Below are positions 19,021-28,465 of a stretch of 64,000 bases of DNA, piece after piece. The notes beneath the pieces are model-generated. The model ran no database searches. It had not been told where the DNA came from and worked only from the letters and a program-made list of their open reading frames with translations. The stretch's first letter is position 1. Each line of letters opens with the position of its first letter. This DNA comes from a virus (lineage: Duplodnaviria > Caudoviricetes): positions 1 through 64,000 of IMG/VR virus record IMGVR_UViG_3300028048_000038, one strand, 5' to 3'. Position numbers and translations under genes: made by a program.

Positions 19021-20487
19021 ACCGATGGCTAGCTAGGTTTTAACTTTCAGAAACCATTAGAATTTAGGTATACAAAAGAACATCCATATATTAGTGATGG
19101 CGGTGGTAGAAATAGTATAAAAGGAAAGGAATATACAGAAATTTTTGCTGATATTGCTGAATTTGAGGATTTATATCTTAGTAAGGCATACAATGGAGGT
19201 ATAAACAAAATGGGTCTTGGCTTGGACGAAGAATGTGATGCTTGCATACAATTCTCACGCAAAAATTATGCGGACCTTATGCCAGATGGAAGTACAAAGA
19301 AGGTGGGTAATACCATTAAATCTAGAAAGATGAGTGGTTATCTTGAGAAATTCATTGATGAGGGTGTTGACCTTCTACTTAGAAATAATGGATATAAGTT
19401 CTTGTCAAATTATTATGACTATATCGGCAAAATATATAACTACCAAATTCCTATCAGAGACATTGCATCAAAGGGTAATATCAAGAAGACATTAGCTGAC
19501 TATGAGGCTGATACTAAGACACTTACAAAGGCTGGTTCAAAGAAATCACGTCAAGCATGGTATGAACTTGCACTTAGGGAAGGTCTCACACCAAACGTAG
19601 GTGATACAGTATATTACATTAATACAGGACAAAAGAAAGGTCACTCAGACGTTAAACGTGTCACACATTACTATAATTACGTGGACGGAGAAAAGACTGA
19701 GATAACTAAGATGCTTGAGAAAGAGTATAAAGCATATACAAAGGAACTACCAAAGGGTACAAAGGATAAGAAAAACAGACTTGAATTAGGTAGAGAGAAA
19801 TTCGGAGCAAAGGTATTCGATGAGGATGAAATCATACTTAATTGTAAACTAGTACCAAAAGAAATTCTTGATACTGAGGATGACGTGCTTTGCAGCGATT
19901 ATGAGGGTCTTGAGTACAATGTTGAGAAATACATTGACCAATTCAATAATAGAATCAGACCTCTACTAGTATGCTTCCACCCAGATATTAGAGATAAAAT
20001 ACTTGTAACCAATCCAAAAGATAAGAAGTACTTTACTGAAGAGGAATCAAAGCTTGTAAGTGGTTATCCAAATAAAGAGGGAGACCAAGATACATATGAA
20101 GCATTGATGACTCCAGAGAAGAAGGAAATCGAATATTGGCTCAAGATTAACGAAGTTCCACCATTCGTTAAGGAATGTGGAATTGATTGGGATGCCCTTG
20201 TTGAGAAATACAAGAAAGAAAAGGAAGAAGAGAATAACGCTCTGTTCCAAGAGGAAAATCAGAAGTATCTCGATGCTCTTGAGGAAATCACAAACGATGA
20301 AGTTGAGGAATTCGAGGAGGAAGGTAAGTTGCCACAAGTACTTGAGACATTGGTAACACTTAACTCAGCAGACATGAGATTGTATTTCAAGAAGATACCA
20401 AATCGTACACCTTCAACTGGTGGATACGTCTTCGATGATATACAGTATAACTACGCTGAAACTGTAGATGCACTCGCAGATTTCTAA
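18907..20487 (+). CDS. polB: C-intein + family B DNA polymerase C-terminal part (one in-frame TAG at 19030-19032)
   Basis: Same frame as ORF 19210..20487; TDG*LGFNFQ...SRKNYADL...KKVGNTIKS...YNVEKYIDQF. Confidence 0.8.
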
Positions 20488-20491
20488 ACAT

Positions 20492-20528
20492 AAAAAAAGA
20501 GGTAAGATTAAGTTCCTACCTCTTTTTT
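20492..20528. terminator. Bidirectional terminator
   Basis: aaaaaagaggta...tacctctttttt. Confidence 0.7.
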
Positions 20529-20534
20529 ATTTTC

Positions 20535-22670
20535 TTATTTCTTTCCACCAAAATTCTTTGCAAAATTGGCTTTCTTAACCATAGCTGGAGAATAATTCTC
20601 CTTGTTCTTCAATACTTGATTTGCAAAACCTTGCACGCTCTTTCCATGCTTTGTTGCAGCAGCTGTGAACGTGCCTTTCTTAGATGGACTTATCTCAATC
20701 TTGCTTTCTTTGGACTCATTCGTGGAATATTTATTTTCACCATATCCATAAAACTCATCCTTATAAGCATTATGCATATTTTCAGTCTCAGATTTTTTTA
20801 TTATATCCCTTATTGATTCTATATCATTATAATTCAAATGGAATTTATCACCTATTGCCTTACGGATTTCTTTATCCAATGCAGCATCAGCATAGTTGGC
20901 AGCATCTAACCCCCTATTGAAATACCCATTAACCTTATCATCACCGCCTTCAATACCATTACGTTTAAGGTCTGCGCCCAACTTCGAACCTTGAGCCATA
21001 CGCCTTCCACTTAATCGCATCAAAGCCTCCCTTCCTTTAGGAGTGTCACCAATCTCATTAATTAACTTGATTGTAGCTTCCTTGATAACTTGTTTAAGTT
21101 CTGTCTCAGTAACCTTCATTGGTCTTTTTGACTCATTGTACTTATATGGGTCGTAAGAGAAATCTACATCACCCAATTCATCTGTATCTCTCTTACCATT
21201 AATCCATTTATCCATCAATTTTCTACCACGTTCATTATCCTTATCAGTCCAATAAGCTGCATGGTCTCTTCTATTCTGGGCAGCATCCATTATGTCATGC
21301 TGTCTGTCAATCGGAGATTTGCCAACATTATTCATTCTATGGTATAAACTCCATGAATAATCATTCTCCATATCTTTATCACCATCTACCCAATCATCAT
21401 CATCCCAATTGTTAGGTGCATGGAATGGGTCATCCAAATAATCACCATTTGCCCTTGAGTCAGCTAATGCCAATTCTTCATCACTAGGCTCTGTCTTAGT
21501 CCATCTACCACTGAAATTGTCAACATCATAGTTTAATGGAGTTTCGCTTAATATCTTCATTGCAGCTTCCTTAACAACTTGTTTAAGCTCTGCTTCAGAT
21601 AACTTTATCTGTCTATTTTCATTTTCAAACCCCTTCTGAAAATCTACATAATCATCTTTAGAACTTCCTCTCTTTCCTAAGCTACTCATGGCTCTCTGAT
21701 AAGGCTTAACATCACCCTTCATTATTCCACGCTTTGCAACTGCACCCATTTTTTTTCTAGTCTCTGGTTTGTCACCATATTCATTAATTGATTCGTTTCT
21801 CATTTCTCTGTTCTCTAATACACGATTATTCTTTGGCCAGAGAACGATACAAGTATCATATCTCGCAAATGGATTTTCAACTGTGCCAGCAGCCATGCAC
21901 TTGATGTAACCATCAATATTCATACCATCCTCGAACATAATCTTAATGGCATATTGCTTTGAACGTGGCATTCCATCATACTGGTCATAGTCACAATAAC
22001 CACCATCAGACTCAATACTATCAGCATTCTCCAAATGTCCACAAGGCTTCATTTCAACTTGACAACCCAATGATGAAATTGCTCTGTAATAATCTGAAAT
22101 TGCTTGCCAATTCTCATCATGATATACCTTGGAATCAATTCCATATTTCTTTACAATCCTATATATTTGATTTATCCTAGCCTTAATTGACTTTGGCTTT
22201 CTTCCCATGAACTTGTCAACCTCATCATGATTCGCTAGATTCTTTGGCATTGATTCATTAATCTTTGCCTTAAGTCTCTCCTTGAGTTCTTCCTTAAGCG
22301 TAAAGTTAACAAGATATAACTTCCTCTGCATATCAGATAAGAAACTCTCACAATCACTTGCCATGCCAACATAAGTGTCACCCATACCCTTTACCTCCTT
22401 GTAAAAACTATTGGTGGCATCCAATATATCCTCAACAAATGATTTCAAATCCTTAATCTTATATTCAGTAGGCTTAAGACTGTTTATTTTTAACTTACCA
22501 GTTATAGATTGCTCAACCTCAGATACAGTGTCTTGAAACTCAGCAATGCTATCTGCAATGTCATCACATAACTCATGCTGAGACATATTCTTTGCATCCC
22601 AATGCAATTGTTTAATTGCTGTCTTATAACCCTCTAATTTATTTACAAAGCTCAATACCTTTTTATTCAT
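20535..22670 (-). CDS. Multi-module late protein with N-terminal ferritin/Dps-like helical domain (possible internal head protein)
   Basis: KQLHWDAKNMSQHELCDDI...; repeated ELKQVVKEA/ELKQVIKEA linkers; C-terminal KKGTFTAAATKHG...KKANFAKN motif. Confidence 0.5.
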   Translation of the reverse strand: MNKKVLSFVNKLEGYKTAIKQLHWDAKNMSQHELCDDIADSIAEFQDTVSEVEQSITGKLKINSLKPTEYKIKDLKSFVEDILDATNSFYKEVKGMGDTYVGMASDCESFLSDMQRKLYLVNFTLKEELKERLKAKINESMPKNLANHDEVDKFMGRKPKSIKARINQIYRIVKKYGIDSKVYHDENWQAISDYYRAISSLGCQVEMKPCGHLENADSIESDGGYCDYDQYDGMPRSKQYAIKIMFEDGMNIDGYIKCMAAGTVENPFARYDTCIVLWPKNNRVLENREMRNESINEYGDKPETRKKMGAVAKRGIMKGDVKPYQRAMSSLGKRGSSKDDYVDFQKGFENENRQIKLSEAELKQVVKEAAMKILSETPLNYDVDNFSGRWTKTEPSDEELALADSRANGDYLDDPFHAPNNWDDDDWVDGDKDMENDYSWSLYHRMNNVGKSPIDRQHDIMDAAQNRRDHAAYWTDKDNERGRKLMDKWINGKRDTDELGDVDFSYDPYKYNESKRPMKVTETELKQVIKEATIKLINEIGDTPKGREALMRLSGRRMAQGSKLGADLKRNGIEGGDDKVNGYFNRGLDAANYADAALDKEIRKAIGDKFHLNYNDIESIRDIIKKSETENMHNAYKDEFYGYGENKYSTNESKESKIEISPSKKGTFTAAATKHGKSVQGFANQVLKNKENYSPAMVKKANFAKNFGGKK

Positions 22671-22673
22671 ATG

Positions 22674-23057
22674 TTATATATCTTCTTTTTCATTATTTTC
22701 ATCAACATTATCACCCCTTCTCTTCTTCCTCTCTGCCCTTAAATCAGCAATGTCTTCCTCTGCCTTGGCTTGAAGTTTCTCACCCTCAACCCAAGAACGT
22801 GTCTTCATCCTAGAATCAGTATAAGCCTTTGGAAGACCGCTACCAAGAACACATGTGCTACTAGCAACAACAAACCAAGCAAGGTCGCTCATGTCAGTGT
22901 CAACCTTACCATCATATGTCACATCATATATAATCACAAAACAAGCGGAAAGACCTATGATAAGGGTCATAAAAGCAGATGCCAACACACTTATGCTGTT
23001 GACACTCATTGATGACTTGTCATCAATTGCCGACTTTATGTTATTAAATAATCCCAT
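22674..23057 (-). CDS. Two-TM membrane protein, holin-like
   Basis: Two hydrophobic segments, charged C-terminus. Confidence 0.4.
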   Translation of the reverse strand: MGLFNNIKSAIDDKSSMSVNSISVLASAFMTLIIGLSACFVIIYDVTYDGKVDTDMSDLAWFVVASSTCVLGSGLPKAYTDSRMKTRSWVEGEKLQAKAEEDIADLRAERKKRRGDNVDENNEKEDI

Positions 23058-23190
23058 ATGATATAAATAGTTTTTAAATGCATAAAATTAGATACCATTA
23101 CATAAATAGTTAATAATACTTAAAAACCCCCTTGTTTCTTTGCTTTTTTCACCTATTTACAATATATTTGCAATAATCATATCAAATATA

Positions 23191-23535
23191 ATGAATAAAA
23201 TAAAAACAAAAGAACAAATTTTAAAAGAAGTCATAAAAGACTTCACATACTTTCTAAGAAAAAACGGAATCTATCAATACTATAAAAGAAACATAACCAA
23301 TGGATTGTTGTATAACGGAGACCTACCAAGGGAAAATTGGAAACTAGGATTCCTATACGGCATACAAATCAAACTGAACCCACTAAACTACATTAGATGC
23401 TGCAACCTCATCAACTTCGCATTCTATTGGGCAAGAACGCCACAAGGACATGGGTTTTGGGAAGCATACCACCAACAATGGCTGAGATTCTCATTAGAAA
23501 AATATAGCAAATATAAAGTTATACTAAATAATTGA
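23191..23535 (+). CDS. Hypothetical protein
   Basis: Promoter at ~23140-23172; AFYWARTPQGHGFW motif. Confidence 0.6.
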   Translation: MNKIKTKEQILKEVIKDFTYFLRKNGIYQYYKRNITNGLLYNGDLPRENWKLGFLYGIQIKLNPLNYIRCCNLINFAFYWARTPQGHGFWEAYHQQWLRFSLEKYSKYKVILNN

Positions 23536-23547
23536 AAAATATACACT

Positions 23548-23790
23548 ATGTGGACAACAATAATACTAATAACAATCTATTTCATCAGCATATTCGGATG
23601 CATATTCTTCTGCATAAAATGCGATAATAAAATATCAAAATCAGATGCCGCCATAACAATCATGCCATTGCTAAACACAATCGCAACAATATGGGGAATA
23701 ATAGACGCATTGCTAGAAACAATCCAAAATACAATCAATAATAAAATAGACCGTAATAGATTCAATAAATTCAAAAATGAACATATATAA
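23548..23790 (+). CDS. Small membrane protein
   Basis: Two hydrophobic stretches. Confidence 0.55.
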   Translation: MWTTIILITIYFISIFGCIFFCIKCDNKISKSDAAITIMPLLNTIATIWGIIDALLETIQNTINNKIDRNRFNKFKNEHI

Positions 23791-24139
23791 TAACCACTAT
23801 ATAGAAACACTAGGAGAACTCAGACAGCATAAAGGGGAACTCATAGTGTGCTTCTATTACATGGGAGAAAGACAAGATAAACCATACTTCAAGTGGATTG
23901 GCAAATTCTTGGACATCAGCCCACAACCATATGATAAGGATGATAACCTTGTAAGAGGTAAACACCTTAAAATGGAAAATATGCTGACAATTGGCGATTG
24001 CTATGGCTTCATAAAAAAAGAACCATATGAATTATGTGGCTCATATTGCGATGCACAATCAATCGTTAGACTCCCAACAAAAGAGGAAATAAGCACATAT
24101 ATGAACTTCTTCAGACATAAAAGAATATTCGGATACTAA
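23777..24139 (+). CDS. Hypothetical protein (RxPTxEE family)
   Basis: 120 aa; related to 24611..24937. Confidence 0.6.
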   Translation: MNIYNNHYIETLGELRQHKGELIVCFYYMGERQDKPYFKWIGKFLDISPQPYDKDDNLVRGKHLKMENMLTIGDCYGFIKKEPYELCGSYCDAQSIVRLPTKEEISTYMNFFRHKRIFGY

Positions 24140-24157
24140 TCCATAAACAAAAATACC

Positions 24158-24451
24158 ATGCTATATAACATATTACTCATATTATCCTTCATCTATATCT
24201 TATCAGTGCTCATCATGATACCAATATCTGCCGTAACTAGATTGTGGGACGAAGATAGACAAGGTGCAATTATGGTGACATTCATACCACCATTCAATAC
24301 ATTATTAATACTTTATGTCCTATTATTCGCAATACCAAAGGGATTCATAGATAATCATAAAGAAAAACAAATAAAATCACATAAAAACGACCCAAGATGG
24401 AATCTAATGAATATACATATATCAAAACAATACAAGCACAAAAATATCTAA
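24158..24451 (+). CDS. Small membrane protein
   Basis: Hydrophobic; IPPFNTL resembles MPLLNTI of 23548..23790. Confidence 0.55.
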   Translation: MLYNILLILSFIYILSVLIMIPISAVTRLWDEDRQGAIMVTFIPPFNTLLILYVLLFAIPKGFIDNHKEKQIKSHKNDPRWNLMNIHISKQYKHKNI

Positions 24452-24610
24452 GACTAGCTACAAAAGAAGAACTTAAAATATATAACTAGTTAAATGGTTT
24501 CGATAAAGACAAAAATAAGAAAACCATAATAACAAGAATGTGGATTTGCCCAGTTACACTGTTCGTATTAGGAAGATATCCTAAACATATCTATATCAAA
24601 AAAATAAACT

Positions 24611-24937
24611 ATGAAACAAAATAACTTCTTTGACTCAATTGGAGAACTAAATAAAAGAATAGGAAAATTCGTCATATTACAACATGATGAAGGTAGTCTC
24701 TATGCTAAACTGCTCACAAAAATAGAAATAACCAAAAACAATTCAAAAATAGAAGAACATAAAATCTGGGGAAAATTCCTTGTCGGTATTTTTTCTGATG
24801 GTAAAGTATCCGTTTATAATTTCTCACCAAACAAAGAAACATACGGAAAATACAAATATGCTAGAGACCCTACAGAAAAAGAAATTAAACTAATTAGAAA
24901 AAAGTTAAGAGAAATCAGATTTAAAAAAAATATATAG
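24611..24937 (+). CDS. Hypothetical protein (RxPTxEE family)
   Basis: 108 aa; DSIGELNKRIG and RDPTEKEI. Confidence 0.6.
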   Translation: MKQNNFFDSIGELNKRIGKFVILQHDEGSLYAKLLTKIEITKNNSKIEEHKIWGKFLVGIFSDGKVSVYNFSPNKETYGKYKYARDPTEKEIKLIRKKLREIRFKKNI

Positions 24938-25236
24938 GAAAACCATTGCTGTTCTATTATAACAATCCTAGACATAAACCGCAATATGCATGGATTAAAC
25001 AACTCACTGAAATACCATATCATAATTATGATATGGGAATAAAAAAAAATATAATGGAAGGGGACATAAATTTCAATAGTAAGATGTATTTTTTAAAAAA
25101 AAATTCTCCCGATTTTTTTTTTGACACCCCTAGTAGATAAAAAATAATGGGGACCGTCTCTAGAAATGAGTGAAAATTTTCCCGCTGGAATATTTACAGA
25201 ACTGTTTGCACTTATATAAGCCTTTAAAATCCCCCA

Positions 25237-25274
25237 CCCCACCACAGGAGACGTAGGGGTCGCCTATGGTGGGG
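25237..25274. other. GC-rich hairpin in non-coding junction
   Basis: ccccaccacaggagac...gtcgcctatggtgggg. Confidence 0.6.
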
Positions 25275-25290
25275 GCACTACTCCCCCATA

Positions 25291-25308
25291 ACGTTTCACG
25301 TGAAACGT
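25291..25308. promoter_or_regulatory. parS: parS-like palindrome
   Basis: ACGTTTCACGTGAAACGT, perfect 18-bp palindrome with parS core. Confidence 0.7.
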
Positions 25309-25335
25309 GCGTAAATATTTTTTACCATATAGAAT

Positions 25336-25370
25336 GTAAAAAAAGTGGAGAATTAATCCCCACTTTTTTG
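25336..25370. terminator. Intrinsic terminator
   Basis: aaaaaagtgg...ccactttttt. Confidence 0.65.
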
Positions 25371-25380
25371 TAAATGTTTT

Positions 25381-26094
25381 TCACGCAAGTTCTTTCATCT
25401 TTTCGAGTGTCTCCCACTTGATTTGTCTGATTCTCTCTTCTGTGAGGTTGAATTTCTTTGACAGAGTGTATTCTGTTTCGATGTCATCGGTTAGTCCGAA
25501 CAGCCCTAATATAACTGCTTTCTCAACATCTTTCAAGCCTTTCATAAGTGCATTTAATTTTACACGCATTGCCTCAATCTCGCTGAAGTTATCGCACCTC
25601 ATATCAGAAGCGAATGTATCGAGTAAAGTTTTTTCGCCATCTTCATCGCTTGCGAGTGGCGCATCCATGCTTGCAGCGATGTTGGTTTTTTTCGCACGGA
25701 TTTCATGCACTCCCATGCGGACGGTCCTCGATTGTGTGTCTAAGCCGATATTAATATACTTTCTCACTTGCTCTAATGCCCATGTGGAAAACATTGTTTC
25801 ACGTGAAACATCGAATGTATCAACTGCCATGCACAAGCCGATAGTGCCGTTTTGGAACATATCCGAAAACTCCATCATTGTGCCGTATGATGCAGCGATA
25901 GACCACACAAGACGAAGATTAGCGTTTATGACCTTATTACGAGCCGCCTGAGAGCCGTTATGTGCCTCGGTGATAATGTTAATCACTTCTTCTTGTTTGA
26001 GTGGCTTGTATCGGTTTACTTCGACACGTAGCATTTCTACATAATCGTCACGTACAACGTTTCTGTTTTCCTTGAAATTGATTGACTTTGCCAT
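25381..26094 (-). CDS. Sigma70-family RNA polymerase sigma factor
   Basis: ARNKVINANLRLVWSIA, DMFQNGTIGLCMAVDTFD, FSTWA, SMDAPL, LTEERIRQI (regions 2-4). Confidence 0.9.
   Translation of the reverse strand: MAKSINFKENRNVVRDDYVEMLRVEVNRYKPLKQEEVINIITEAHNGSQAARNKVINANLRLVWSIAASYGTMMEFSDMFQNGTIGLCMAVDTFDVSRETMFSTWALEQVRKYINIGLDTQSRTVRMGVHEIRAKKTNIAASMDAPLASDEDGEKTLLDTFASDMRCDNFSEIEAMRVKLNALMKGLKDVEKAVILGLFGLTDDIETEYTLSKKFNLTEERIRQIKWETLEKMKELA
25795..25810. promoter_or_regulatory. parS: Consensus parS site within sigma gene
   Basis: TGTTTCACGTGAAACA, exact consensus. Confidence 0.7.
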
Positions 26095-26539
26095 GTTCTT
26101 TTCTGTTTTTATAGGGTGAATAACTAATTCTTGTTTGCGAGTGCAAAGGTAGGCATTTTTTTTGAGATACGCAAGGATTTATACAATTTTTAACCAAAAT
26201 CGTTATTTTTTTCTTATTTCCTTACAAAATCAAGGGTATATTAAAGGTTTATTAACAATATGCAACACATTTTCATGAAATGTGGTATGAAATGTAATAA
26301 AATATTAAAACTCGTCTCTAAGGCTTTATTTTCTTTTGACCTTATAGTTTATCGTCAAAGATATGAAAACGTCTCAGAATGGCTTAAAATGGCTTTATGG
26401 GGATTATATATAATATTGCATAATATAGATAATAATCCATGATGGATATATAATTTTATGGTGAAGTTGGTGTTTTTTTTGTAAACTGGTGTTAAAACCT
26501 TGTTTTTTTCCTTAAAAAGTGTTTAAAAATGGGGTAAAT

Positions 26540-26576
26540 GTTTGGTAGTATGGAATTTTTTTCGTACCTTTGCATC
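26540..26576 (+). promoter_or_regulatory. Host-type promoter
   Basis: tttgg...ttcgtacctttgcatc. Confidence 0.8.
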
Positions 26577-26655
26577 GTCAATCAGACAAAGCGATTTTTC
26601 TTTATTGGTACAATCGGCAATATTGCCACAAAACAATTTTAAAACATTCTGAATT

Positions 26656-27285
26656 ATGAGTAAGTTAAATGTTCGTGAGTTGTTAGTAGTAAACGTAGAT
26701 TTCTTCGAGACGGTATCGGCTTGTAAGGAGTTTGCAAGTTGCAAATTTGGTTACGGCTTCATTGCTCGTTCCACACCGAAGTTCAGAGCACCCAAGGCTA
26801 CTGCAAATGAGTGGTTCAATGCTTTTGGTTGTGAGATGCCGAGTATTGTCAAGGTCACGAAAGTGACAAATGCGAGAGCCTACGACTACGCAAAGGCAGT
26901 CAATCGTCAGTTATCCAAGCAAGGTGCTGATGCCAATTTCGAGAGTGGTAGCATGAGTGGTTATGAGTGGGTTGTGCCCAACATCATCAAGCGTGCAATC
27001 AAAGATGGTTCAATCCAGTTGTGTGTCTCTTTCAAGGAGAACGACAAGACGAAGTTTGAATCGTTCTACGTTGTAGCAGATACCAAGCCACATTTCGCCA
27101 CAGAGGATGAATTGGACTTTATTAAGTCTCACTTGTATGTTGCCCCCAACAAGTCAGTCAAGCAGAGCGAAAGCGGTATTGCTGACGAGGACATTGTGAT
27201 GGTTCGCAATTACAAGTTTTCCAACATCATCGAGGTGGGTACGACACCGCAGATTGAGGAGATTTGGAATGGGATTGATAAGTGA
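26656..27285 (+). CDS. Hypothetical protein
   Basis: 209 aa between promoter and terminator (27290-27322). Confidence 0.75.
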   Translation: MSKLNVRELLVVNVDFFETVSACKEFASCKFGYGFIARSTPKFRAPKATANEWFNAFGCEMPSIVKVTKVTNARAYDYAKAVNRQLSKQGADANFESGSMSGYEWVVPNIIKRAIKDGSIQLCVSFKENDKTKFESFYVVADTKPHFATEDELDFIKSHLYVAPNKSVKQSESGIADEDIVMVRNYKFSNIIEVGTTPQIEEIWNGIDK

Positions 27286-27361
27286 ATAAGATGGGTGGGC
27301 AGTGATGTTCACCCATTTTTTATGAAGAAAAGAAATTTTAACAAAAAAAGTTACGTAAAAA

Positions 27362-27396
27362 TTTGGTTAATTCGGATTTATTTCGTATCTTTGCAT
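27362..27396 (+). promoter_or_regulatory. Host-type promoter
   Basis: tttgg...tttcgtatctttgca. Confidence 0.8.
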
Positions 27397-27678
27397 TGTC
27401 AATCAAGGATGAAAGACGTACTCAAATAAGTCTAACAATTAAATAAAGAAATAATCATGCGTAAGTTGATTTGGTAAATTAGAGGAATTATAGCAATGTA
27501 GGTGCAATAGAAGTAATAGGACTGCTGAAGTAGTGACCAGTAAGCACACCCTATAATCCTACCTCGCTCTAAAGTGCAAGACGAGTATATTAATAGCAGA
27601 ATGGCAGCACAGAGAATAATGCCTACAAAGGGTTTGGAAGTAACCTATTCAGTGGTGATGATACTATTCCACGATTTT

Positions 27679-27770
27679 CAAGGTATAGCAGAGTTGGTTC
27701 ATGCGGCATCATAAGATGTGACTACAATTTCATGGATTGTATAACGTTGGTTCAAGTCCAACTGCCTTGT
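27679..27770 (+). ncRNA. tRNA-like element with aberrant anticodon arm
   Basis: Acceptor CAAGGTA/TGCCTTG, D arm GCAGAGTTGGTTCATGC, T arm GTTGG-TTCAAGT-CCAAC; anticodon loop only 4 nt; long variable hairpin. Confidence 0.6.
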
Positions 27771-27848
27771 CAAAGAGAAAGGTGTAAGGGCACATTTAAC
27801 GTAGCGTTTTAGCGTAGTGTCGGTGGTAAGTCCCAAAACACACCTTTG

Positions 27849-27948
27849 GGTAGGATAAAACAAACCATAGCGACTGGTAAGACACGTTAGCGAGATTGCA
27901 ATGATGCGTGTGTTGGAACACCAAGATTGGGGAAACCTACCTATTTTT
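27849..27948 (+). ncRNA. Structured RNA motif, copy 1
   Basis: 26-nt and 18-nt blocks identical to 47581-47675 (minus), closed by GGTAGG/CCTACC stem. Confidence 0.6.
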
Positions 27949-28019
27949 CTTCTACTGATGGGTTTTATGGGTGATGTTTTTGATGGGTTATGTCGTGAGA
28001 CATGACCCATTTTTTATGG

Positions 28020-28037
28020 TTGTACTTTTTTAAGTCT
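28020..28037 (+). repeat. 18-bp junction motif TTGTACTTTTTTAAGTCT
   Basis: Copies at 28020, 29449, 29785, 55431, 55819, 56096, 56373. Confidence 0.8.
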
Positions 28038-28106
28038 ATATATACAGAAATGTGCTGACTATCCTCACGGACAATCAGCACTATATTGCTTATGGTCAAA
28101 TCTTCT

Positions 28107-28361
28107 TTACTTTGTCATGGCTTTGAGTTCAGCCTTGATGCGCTTTGCTGTCTCACCTCTCCAAGTTGATGCATTTCCAAGGAAATAGAGCACGATGGTC
28201 TTTGCTGAATCAAACATATAGTTGTCGTTGATAGAATCGAGCGTAGCCATTGCATCGAGGTATGGCTTTGCACCAAAATACACGTTTTTCCAATCGTTCT
28301 TGATGTCACGTGCAATCTCATAGAGAGGACGTGTTGCTGTCTTTGTTGCTGTCTTTGCCAT
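28107..28361 (-). CDS. Hypothetical protein
   Basis: 84 aa with own promoter; YFLGNASTWRGETAKRIKAEL. Confidence 0.7.
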   Translation of the reverse strand: MAKTATKTATRPLYEIARDIKNDWKNVYFGAKPYLDAMATLDSINDNYMFDSAKTIVLYFLGNASTWRGETAKRIKAELKAMTK

Positions 28362-28465
28362 AATTCTAATCGTTTTATTTGTTTTCTGTGATGTAAATAT
28401 ACGGATTTATTTTCAATTAGCCAAGAGAATTAACATTTTTAACACAACTTTCAAGCCTGTGTGTG

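Larger units (their letters stand above)
27397..28015 (+). ncRNA. Putative non-coding transcript (tRNA-like element + repeated structured motif)
   Basis: Promoter upstream, terminator 27982-28015, only a 6-codon ORF (MRKLIW) seen on the sense strand. Confidence 0.55.
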
